Shown here: positions 54,955-64,000 of the stretch, in pieces
Numbering within the stretch: position 1 is the first letter of the stretch
How the letters are laid out: every line of letters starts with the position of its first letter
From: Dehalococcoidia bacterium
GTDB lineage: Bacteria; Chloroflexota; Dehalococcoidia; UBA2979
Assembly (NCBI GenBank): GCA_009379925.1
Contig: WHSU01000012.1
Span: 16,419-80,418 of the forward strand
DNA: 64,000 bases
Direction of reading: 5' to 3'
Translations under genes and position numbers: made by a program
The notes under the pieces: generated by a model
The model's database searches: none
What the model was told of the DNA's origin: nothing
The model's input: the letters and a program-made list of their open reading frames with translations, nothing else

Positions 54955-55887
54955 ATGATCACCGTCCTGGCCGGGGGCGTCGGCGCCGCGCGCTTCCTCG
55001 CGGGCCTCGCGCAGCGCGTCTCCCCGCGCGAGGTCACAGCGATCTGCAACGTGGGCGACGACTTCGAATGGCACGGGCTGCACGTCTCACCCGACATCGA
55101 CACGGTCATCTACACGCTCGCGGGCATCGAGGGTGAACTGGGTTGGGGTCTGCGGGACGACACGCGCGTCACCCTGGCGGCGCTCGCGGGGTTGGGCGCC
55201 GAGGCGTGGTTCGGCATCGGTGACCGGGACCTGGCGACGCACCTGCTGCGGACGGAACGGCTGGGCGCGGGCGTGCCGCTGAGCGCCGTCACGGCCGAAC
55301 TGGCACGCGCACACGGCATCGAGGTGCGCCTGCTGCCGGTGACGGATGACCCGCACCCGACGATGGTGCTCACGGGCGAGGGCGAGTTGCCCTTCCAGGA
55401 GTACTTCGTGCGGCGGCGTGCACAGGACGCCGTCCGAGGCTTCCGCTTCCCCGGCGCACTCGATGCGCGGCACGCACCGGGCGTCATCGAGGCACTGCGG
55501 GAGGCCGAGGTGGTGGTCATCGCGCCGAGCAACCCGTTCGTCTCGATTGACCCGATGCTCCAGGTACCGGGTGTGCGGGCGGCGCTGGAGCAGACGCGCG
55601 CAAGACGGGTCGCGGTGTCGCCCATCGTGGGTGGCCAGGCCATCAAGGGCCCCGCCGCGGCGATGCTGGGTGCGCTGGGCCACGAGGTCTCCGCGCTAGG
55701 TGTCGCGCGCCTCTATCGAGGGCTCATCGACACCTTCGTCCTGGACACTGTGGACGCTACCCTCGTGCCGGACGTGGAGGCCCTGGGAATGCGGGCTGTA
55801 GCCATCGACACCATGATGCAGGGCGACGACGGGCGTCGGCGCGTGGCCGCCGGCGTGCTCGAAGCGCTCGATGTGTCGCCGTCGTGA
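54955..55887 (+). CDS. cofD: 2-phospho-L-lactate (LPPG):Fo transferase
   Basis: MITVLAGGVGAARFLAGL...AICNVGDDFEWHGLHVSPDIDT is typical of CofD/FbiA. Confidence 0.8.
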   Translation: MITVLAGGVGAARFLAGLAQRVSPREVTAICNVGDDFEWHGLHVSPDIDTVIYTLAGIEGELGWGLRDDTRVTLAALAGLGAEAWFGIGDRDLATHLLRTERLGAGVPLSAVTAELARAHGIEVRLLPVTDDPHPTMVLTGEGELPFQEYFVRRRAQDAVRGFRFPGALDARHAPGVIEALREAEVVVIAPSNPFVSIDPMLQVPGVRAALEQTRARRVAVSPIVGGQAIKGPAAAMLGALGHEVSALGVARLYRGLIDTFVLDTVDATLVPDVEALGMRAVAIDTMMQGDDGRRRVAAGVLEALDVSPS

Positions 55888-56570
55888 GCGCGGGCGGCCT
55901 GCGCATCGCCGTGATCGTGCCGGTGCAGCACGCCGGGCGCGGCAAGTCGCGCCTCGCGCCGCCGTTCGACGCGGAAGCGCGCCGGGCGCTGGTGCAGGGG
56001 ATGCTCGCCGACGTGCTGGCAGCGGTACGGGCGGCGCACGAGGGCCTGCTACTTGTCGTGAGCCCGGACAACGGCCACGAGGCGGCGGCGCGCGCGCAGG
56101 GGGCGGCGCTGCTGCTCGACGACGGCTCCGGCTACAACCAGGCCGCGCTCTTCGCGCTGCAGTCGGAGGTGCTGCGGGACATCGACGCGGCGCTGATTCT
56201 GCCCGCGGACCTGCCCCAGTTGCGCCCGGAGCACGTGCGCGTGCTCCTCGATGCGCTCGGCGGCCTCGAGGCCCCCGGCGTGCTGCTCGTGCCCTCTGAC
56301 GACGGGGGCACGGCGGCCCTGGGGCTGCGGCCGCCCGAGGCGATGGCGCCGGTCTTCGGCGTGGACTCGGCGCGCCGCCATCGCGCACGGGCGCATGCGC
56401 TGGGGCTGGCGCTCGTCGAGCCGCCGCTGAGCGACCTGTCTGTGGATGTGGACACGTTGGAGGACCTGCTGGAGGTCCGCCAGGACGTGGGTCCGGCGAC
56501 GGCACGCGCGCTGGCGACGTCCGCGCTGCCGGCGCTGGAGGAGATGCCGGCGCTCGAGGAGTCCGTGTGA
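55884..56570 (+). CDS. cofC: 2-phospho-L-lactate/PEP guanylyltransferase
   Basis: IAVIVPVQHAGRGKSRL N-terminus is typical of CofC/FbiD. 4-bp overlap with cofD. Confidence 0.75.
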   Translation: MSAGGLRIAVIVPVQHAGRGKSRLAPPFDAEARRALVQGMLADVLAAVRAAHEGLLLVVSPDNGHEAAARAQGAALLLDDGSGYNQAALFALQSEVLRDIDAALILPADLPQLRPEHVRVLLDALGGLEAPGVLLVPSDDGGTAALGLRPPEAMAPVFGVDSARRHRARAHALGLALVEPPLSDLSVDVDTLEDLLEVRQDVGPATARALATSALPALEEMPALEESV

Positions 56571-57166
56571 GCATCGATGACGCGATCCGCCGCCGGCGGT
56601 CGATCCGCGGGTTGCAGGGGCCTCCGCTGGAGCCAGCCGAAGTGGAGCGGCTGGTCGCGCTGGCGCTGACCGCGCCGGCGCCCCACCACACGCAGCCGTG
56701 GCGCTTCGTCGACATCTCGCCGGATCGGCGGGACACTCTCGCGACCGCCATGGGCGCAACGTGGCGAGCCGACATGGAGCGTGACGGCGTGCCCCGGGCG
56801 CAGCAGGAGCGGGCCCTGGCGCGCTCGCGGAGGCAGGTCGAGGAAGCGCCCACGCTGCTCCTCGGCTGCCTGGTGCCCGACGGGCTGCGCCGCTACGAGG
56901 ACGACCGCTGGCGCGCGGAGTGGGGGCTGGCGCAGCAGTCCTTCGGGGCGGCGATGCAAAACATCCTGCTGTCCGCCTCGGAAGCTGGCCTCGGCGCCTT
57001 CTGGATCTCCGCGCCGCTGTATGCGGGAGACGCCGTACGCTCCGCCCTCGGCCTCGATGCTGAGTGGGCGCCACAGGCGTTCATCGCCCTGGGCCGCCGC
57101 GACGCGGCCTACCAGCCGTTCGACCGGCCCGAGCCGGACCTCGGGCGGCACGTCGTGCGGCGGTAG
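56567..57166 (+). CDS. Nitroreductase-family protein resembling the FbiB C-terminal dehydro-F420-0 reductase domain (standalone)
   Basis: RRRRSIRGL...HTQPWRF nitroreductase fold. Translationally coupled to cofC. Confidence 0.65.
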   Translation: MSIDDAIRRRRSIRGLQGPPLEPAEVERLVALALTAPAPHHTQPWRFVDISPDRRDTLATAMGATWRADMERDGVPRAQQERALARSRRQVEEAPTLLLGCLVPDGLRRYEDDRWRAEWGLAQQSFGAAMQNILLSASEAGLGAFWISAPLYAGDAVRSALGLDAEWAPQAFIALGRRDAAYQPFDRPEPDLGRHVVRR

Positions 57167-57233
57167 ACAGGGACGCGCCCCTGCCGTCCCAGACTGCCGA
57201 GGGGAGCAAGGCCTTGCGCGCCCAACCGGCGCC

Positions 57234-57929
57234 TCAGTCCGCCAGCTCCAGCATCCCCGGCAGGTCGTGCAGCGAGTCGATGCGGGCGACGTCGGCCTCG
57301 AGGGCACGGCGGCGGCGGTCCACGAGGATGGCGGGCATGCCAAGGGCGTGCGCGGGGTGAATGTCGTTCTCAAGACGATCGCCAACCGAGACGGCCGTCG
57401 CCGGCGCACCACCGACGGCCTCCAGGGCGCCGAGGAAGAAGCGCGTGTCCGGCTTGGCAACGCCCGCGACCTCGGCGTGGTGGACGGCGGTCAGGTACGG
57501 AAAGAACGCCTGCGCATCGAGGGCGGCGTTACCGTTGCTGGCAGCCACCAGCGTGAACCCACGTTCGCAGAGATCGCGAAGCACCGGCTCGACATCGTCG
57601 TAGGGGCGCAGCGCCTCATCGCGGACGCGGTAGTACGTGGCGCTCACTTCCACGACCGCCTCGGGCGTGGTGACGCCGCCTTCGACGAGCACGCGACGGA
57701 AGGACTCGTCGCGGATCTCGCGGAGGGTGCGTGCGCCCCATTCCTCGGCGTAGACCAACTCGCGGAACTGACGCAGGTCTGCCGCTGTCACCACACCGCC
57801 GCACAGCTCGGAGGCATGCGCCGCCGAGGCCTCGAGGGCGGCCACGAGCGCCGCTTCGAAGTCGACGAGGGTACCGTCGACATCGAGGATGACGTGGGAG
57901 ACGCGAAAGGTAGGGCGCTGCTCGGCCAT
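57234..57929 (-). CDS. HAD-superfamily hydrolase at the end of the his operon
   Basis: DVDGTL motif I, HAD-IA architecture. 22 bp downstream of hisI on the same strand. Confidence 0.7.
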   Translation of the reverse strand: MAEQRPTFRVSHVILDVDGTLVDFEAALVAALEASAAHASELCGGVVTAADLRQFRELVYAEEWGARTLREIRDESFRRVLVEGGVTTPEAVVEVSATYYRVRDEALRPYDDVEPVLRDLCERGFTLVAASNGNAALDAQAFFPYLTAVHHAEVAGVAKPDTRFFLGALEAVGGAPATAVSVGDRLENDIHPAHALGMPAILVDRRRRALEADVARIDSLHDLPGMLELAD

Positions 57930-57950
57930 CGCGCGCCCTCCCAGCTTCGC

Positions 57951-58343
57951 CTAGGCGTCCTGCGAGCGGTCGAGTACGACCACGCGCTCGGTCACGTCGT
58001 CCGCTTCGACGAAGTCGCTGTGTGCGCCGGTGTGGCAGACGGCGCCCGTCAGCTCAACCTGGACGAGCAGGACGTCCTGGTCGCAGTCGGTCTTCACGCC
58101 CACGACATTGAAGTAGTCTCCCGACGTGGCGCCTTTGTGCCAGACCTCCTGGCGGCTGCGCGACCAGAAGACCGCCTGCCCGATCTCGAGGGTCTGGCGC
58201 AGCGTCTGTTCGTTCATGAAGCCGACCATCACGACCTCGTTGGTCTCGGCTACCTGGATGATGGCCGGGATCAGGCCGCGCTCGTCGTATTTCAGGTCGT
58301 CTGGTGCGTAGACGCCGAAGGGCGCCTCTGCGGTGTCGGTCAT
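57951..58343 (-). CDS. hisI: Phosphoribosyl-AMP cyclohydrolase
   Basis: GLIPAIIQ...SRSRQEVWHKGATSG...CDQDVLL. Confidence 0.9.
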   Translation of the reverse strand: MTDTAEAPFGVYAPDDLKYDERGLIPAIIQVAETNEVVMVGFMNEQTLRQTLEIGQAVFWSRSRQEVWHKGATSGDYFNVVGVKTDCDQDVLLVQVELTGAVCHTGAHSDFVEADDVTERVVVLDRSQDA

Positions 58344-58388
58344 AGTCTCGGATCCTTCGCTGTGCCGCCGATGATGCGCTGCCCTGCG

Positions 58389-59189
58389 CTACACCTCGAC
58401 GGCTGACTCGGCGTCCGCGGGCCGCATCGGCAGGCCGCGGTCCGCCAGGTAGCGCTTGAGGAAGGGGATGTCGTATTTGCCGAAATGGAAGATCGAGGCG
58501 GCCAGCACCGCGGCCGCGCCACCCTCGGTGAGCGCATCGTAGAGATGCTCCGGCTCGCCCGCGCCACCCGAGGCGATGACTGGCACCTCGACGGCGTCGC
58601 TGATCGCGCGGAGCAGCGCGAGGTCGTAGCCGTCCTGGTGGCCGTCCGTGTCCATGGAGGTCACCAGCAACTCACCCGCGCCGCGCTTGACGGCCTCGCG
58701 CACCCACTCGATGGCGTCGCGGCCGGTGGGAGTGCGTCCGCCGTGGGTGTAGACCTCCCACGACTGCGGCTGGCCGGCGGTCGAGGGGCGGCGCTTCGCG
58801 TCGACGGCCACGACGATGCACTGAGAGCCGAAGCGGTGCGCGCCCTCCTCGATGACCTCGGGGCGCTCGATGGCGGCGGTGTTGACGGAGACCTTGTCGG
58901 CGCCCATCTCGAGCATCATGCGCATGTCGTCACCGCTGCGGACGCCGCCGCCCACGGTGAGGGGGATGAACACCTGGTCGGCGGTGCGGGCGATCATGTC
59001 GTAGACGCTCGCGCGGCCGTCCGAGGACGCGGTGATGTCCAGGAACACCAGCTCGTCGGCGCCCGCGAGGTCGTACTTCGCGGCGAGTTCCACCGGGTCA
59101 CCGGCGTCGCGCAACTCGACGAAGGAGACGCCTTTTACGACGCGCCCGTTGTCCACGTCGAAGCATGGGATGATGCGCTTGGTCAGCAT
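58389..59189 (-). CDS. hisF: Imidazole glycerol phosphate synthase cyclase subunit
   Basis: [20 protein letters not shown]. Start set at 59187-59189. Track ORF to 59552 is over-extended. Confidence 0.92.
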   Translation of the reverse strand: MLTKRIIPCFDVDNGRVVKGVSFVELRDAGDPVELAAKYDLAGADELVFLDITASSDGRASVYDMIARTADQVFIPLTVGGGVRSGDDMRMMLEMGADKVSVNTAAIERPEVIEEGAHRFGSQCIVVAVDAKRRPSTAGQPQSWEVYTHGGRTPTGRDAIEWVREAVKRGAGELLVTSMDTDGHQDGYDLALLRAISDAVEVPVIASGGAGEPEHLYDALTEGGAAAVLAASIFHFGKYDIPFLKRYLADRGLPMRPADAESAVEV

Positions 59190-59254
59190 GGATCCAGTAT
59201 GCGAGATGCCGGGCGTGAGCGCGCGGGGCCCCTTCGACAGCGGACGGCGATGTG

Positions 59255-59968
59255 CTAGCTGGCGGCGAACACTGCCTCGCGGAGCTGCATCTGGCCGCTG
59301 TAGAGGGCAGCGTTGATGATGGCGCCCTCGACCCCGCAATCGGCCAGCCGCTGCACATCCTCGACGGTCGAGACGCCACCGTTTGCGATCACGGCGACGG
59401 AGGTGTCGGAGATGAGCCGCTGGTACATCTCGAAGTGCGGGCCGTCCTGGATGCCGTCCCGCATGATGTCGGTGTAGATGACCCGCACGACGCCCATGGC
59501 GGCGAGCCGCTCGATGAAGATGCGCGCGTCCAGGCGGGTGGACTCCGTCCATCCCGCGAGGCTGACATAGCCGTTGCGCGCGTCGACGGACACGATCAGT
59601 CGGTTGCCGGCGAGGGCGACGGCCTCCCGCAGCAGGGCGGGGTCCTTCACGGCGGCCGTGCCGATGACCGCGCGGTCGACCCCGGAATGGAGGGTGGCCT
59701 GCAGCGTCGGAAGGTCGCGGATCCCACCGCCCGTCTGGATCTTGCAGTCCACGGTGTTCACGATGCGTTCGACGATCGCGGCGTTGGCCTGGCGGCCGTC
59801 CCGCGCCCCATCGAGGTCCACGACGTGGATGCGCGTGGCGCCCAGGGCAGCCCAGCGGTGCGCCAGGCGGACGGGGTCCTCACCGGTCACGATCTCGCGT
59901 GAGTAGTCGCCCTGTTCGAGGCAGACGCCGCGTCCACCTCGAATGTCGATAGCCGGGATGACCTCCAT
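59255..59968 (-). CDS. hisA: ProFAR isomerase
   Basis: [15 protein letters not shown]...HVVDLDGA. Confidence 0.9.
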   Translation of the reverse strand: MEVIPAIDIRGGRGVCLEQGDYSREIVTGEDPVRLAHRWAALGATRIHVVDLDGARDGRQANAAIVERIVNTVDCKIQTGGGIRDLPTLQATLHSGVDRAVIGTAAVKDPALLREAVALAGNRLIVSVDARNGYVSLAGWTESTRLDARIFIERLAAMGVVRVIYTDIMRDGIQDGPHFEMYQRLISDTSVAVIANGGVSTVEDVQRLADCGVEGAIINAALYSGQMQLREAVFAAS

Positions 59969-59983
59969 GCTGTCCGTCGCCTC

Positions 59984-60634
59984 TCACGCCACCGACGCGG
60001 TGGCCGGCCCGATGGTGCCGCGCTCACGGGCCAACCGCAGGAAGTTCGCGTACAGGCGCAGCCCCTGGCGGCCCGACTTCTCAGGGTGGAACTGCGTGGC
60101 GATCACGTTGTCCCGTCCCACTACCGAGGGGAAACGGACACCTTCGTACTCCGTCTCCCCAATCACAATCGTCGGTTCATCAGGTTGGGGGCGATAGGAG
60201 TGGAGAAAGTAAAAGTAGGAATCCTGTGGGATGCCCTCGAACACCGGGTGGTCGGCGACGCGCACGGTGTTCCAGCCCATGTGTGGGACCGTCATGCCCT
60301 GCGGGAAGCGCACAATGCGTCCTGGTAGCACGCCCAGGCACTCGTGGCGGCCGCCTTCCTCCGAGTAGTCGAAGAGCGCCTGCATGCCCATGCAGACACC
60401 CAGGAAGGGCTTGCCGGAGGCGATGAAATCCAGGACGGGGCCGTCCAGACCGCCCTCGCGTAGGTGCGTCATGGTGTCTTCGGCTGCGCCGACGCCCGGC
60501 ACGATGAGGACACGGGCCCGCTCGACGACGCGCGCCTCGGCGGTCACGACGGCATCGACGCCGGCATGCGCGACGGCGCGCGCCACGCTGCGGAGGTTCC
60601 CCGCGCCGTAGTCGACGATCACCACCTCGGACAT
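59984..60634 (-). CDS. hisH: Imidazole glycerol phosphate synthase glutaminase subunit
   Basis: GVCMGMQ catalytic Cys, class I GATase. 216 aa. Confidence 0.9.
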   Translation of the reverse strand: MSEVVIVDYGAGNLRSVARAVAHAGVDAVVTAEARVVERARVLIVPGVGAAEDTMTHLREGGLDGPVLDFIASGKPFLGVCMGMQALFDYSEEGGRHECLGVLPGRIVRFPQGMTVPHMGWNTVRVADHPVFEGIPQDSYFYFLHSYRPQPDEPTIVIGETEYEGVRFPSVVGRDNVIATQFHPEKSGRQGLRLYANFLRLARERGTIGPATASVA

Positions 60635-60761
60635 GCCGAACCTGCTCGCTCCCTGGCTCGCGGCGCCCGCCTAACCCGCTGTCTCGCTTACATCGATTGT
60701 ACCGCGACACTCGTTACGAACGTCTGACGCGCTTATCACAACTCGATCGCAATCGGCCTAG

Positions 60762-62852
<2,091 letters not shown>

Positions 62853-62853
62853 G

Positions 62854-63984
62854 TTGGCGACCGCACCGACGGACGTGAAGAAGCTCCGCGAATACTACGC
62901 GGAGGAGGTGGACGGGCTCTACATCTACCACCAGCTGGCCGAGCTGGAGGAGGACGAGTCCATCAAGGACGTCTACCGCCAGCTTGCCGCCGTCGAACAG
63001 AAGCACCTGGACCTCTGGCGGGACGAGTTGCGCAAGGTGGGCGTCGACCCCGGCGACGTACCGCCCTCGAGGCGCGCGCGGACGCTGATGTGGATCGCGC
63101 GGCGCTTCGGCGCGGACCTGGTGCTCCCAATCATCAAGAGCTTCGAGACCGACGCCACGGATATGTACCTGGGCGACGCGGTCGCGGAGGCCGCCGGGCT
63201 CCCTGAGGACGAGGCGTCGCACGCGCGCATCTTCGCGGCGATCGCCAGTTCGCGTGGGAACCCGGCGGGCTCGGTGATCGGGCGCATCGAGTCGCGGCAT
63301 CGGGCGCTCGGGGGCGGGAACGCGTTGCGGGCGTCCGTGCTGGGCGCCAACGACGGCCTGGTGTCCAACCTGGCGCTGGTGATGGGCGTCGCCGGCGCGG
63401 CGCCCGGACAGGCGACCGTTGTCCTCGCCGGCGTCGCCGGCCTGATCGCCGGCAGCTTCTCCATGGCCCTGGGCGAGTGGATCTCCGTGACCTCCTCGCG
63501 GGAGGCGGCGGAGGCGCAGCTGCGGGTCGAGGAGGAAGAGCTACGGCTGATGCCGGAGGCCGAGGCGGAAGAGTTGGCGCTCATCTACCAGGCCAAGGGA
63601 CTCCCTCGAGAGGACGCCGAGGCGCTGGCGATGCGCCTCATGGCCGACCCGGACACCGCGCTGGGCACGCTCGCCCGCGAGGAACTGGGGATCGTGCCGG
63701 AGGACCTCGGTTCGCCGTGGGCGGCTGCCTTCGCCTCGCTGATCCTGTTTGGGGGGGGAGCAGTCATCCCGCTCCTGCCGTTCCTCTTCGGGGCCGGGAC
63801 GGCGGCCGTGCTGGTCAGCGCGGTGCTCTCCGGCCTGGCGCTGTTCCTGCTGGGCGGCGGGATCACGCTGCTGACCGGACGCGACTGGCTCTACTCGGGC
63901 GGACGCCAGGTCGTGCTGGGGCTGGCGGCCGCCGCAGTGACGTACGTCGTGGGGTCGCTCGTCGGCGGCGTAGCGGGCGTCTGA
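62854..63984 (+). CDS. mbfA: MbfA-like membrane-bound ferritin (erythrin-like domain + VIT1/CCC1 iron transporter domain)
   Basis: N-terminal ferritin-like four-helix region (EEDESIKDVYRQLAAVEQKH). C-terminal VIT1 TM domain. Starts 2 bp after the ligA stop. Confidence 0.75.
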   Translation: MATAPTDVKKLREYYAEEVDGLYIYHQLAELEEDESIKDVYRQLAAVEQKHLDLWRDELRKVGVDPGDVPPSRRARTLMWIARRFGADLVLPIIKSFETDATDMYLGDAVAEAAGLPEDEASHARIFAAIASSRGNPAGSVIGRIESRHRALGGGNALRASVLGANDGLVSNLALVMGVAGAAPGQATVVLAGVAGLIAGSFSMALGEWISVTSSREAAEAQLRVEEEELRLMPEAEAEELALIYQAKGLPREDAEALAMRLMADPDTALGTLAREELGIVPEDLGSPWAAAFASLILFGGGAVIPLLPFLFGAGTAAVLVSAVLSGLALFLLGGGITLLTGRDWLYSGGRQVVLGLAAAAVTYVVGSLVGGVAGV

Positions 63985-64000
63985 CGCCGCCCGCCTACCC

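Noticed and set aside
56132-58406. Long ORFs 56132-57460 (minus) and 56781-58406 (plus)
   Set aside because: Antisense to cofC/NTR and to HAD/hisI respectively. R/G/P-rich translations.

Overview
High-GC (~70%) bacterial chromosomal segment, mostly housekeeping genes. Gene content (F420 biosynthesis cofD/cofC plus an FbiB-type nitroreductase, PPOX/F420-type enzymes, dgt–dnaG–rpoD synteny, class E/F-like sortase, single-chain glyQS, H+-PPase, PPDK, FmdB zinc ribbons) suggests an actinobacterium-like or Chloroflexi-like organism. Confidently recognised genes: rluB-like (partial), cmk, plsC, glmS, ppdK, dgt-like, dnaG, rpoD, mazG, uvrD/pcrA, site-2 protease, tRNA-Phe(GAA), uvrA, 7Fe ferredoxin, glyQS, hppA, rnhB, yraN, ftsH, rplU-rpmA-rpmE, cofD-cofC-NTR, hisH-hisA-hisF-hisI, ligA and an MbfA-like ferritin–VIT iron exporter. 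Accessory-looking parts: (i) a surface-protein/sortase operon followed by three unknown ORFs, one with a degenerate PilT/VirB11-like ATPase core, between tRNA-Phe and uvrA; (ii) a DarA(PstA)-like PII c-di-AMP receptor gene preceded by a tiny membrane ORF and facing a tandem HD-GYP protein; (iii) one IS110-family insertion flanked by an identical 16-bp direct repeat. Two apparent frameshifts (cmk start region and a GNAT gene) both sit in C/G homopolymers and look like sequencing artefacts. Many long ORFs in the six-frame track are antisense or N-terminally over-extended artefacts of high GC. Starts were re-estimated from conserved N-termini and RBS context. No CRISPR array, rRNA or integrase was seen.
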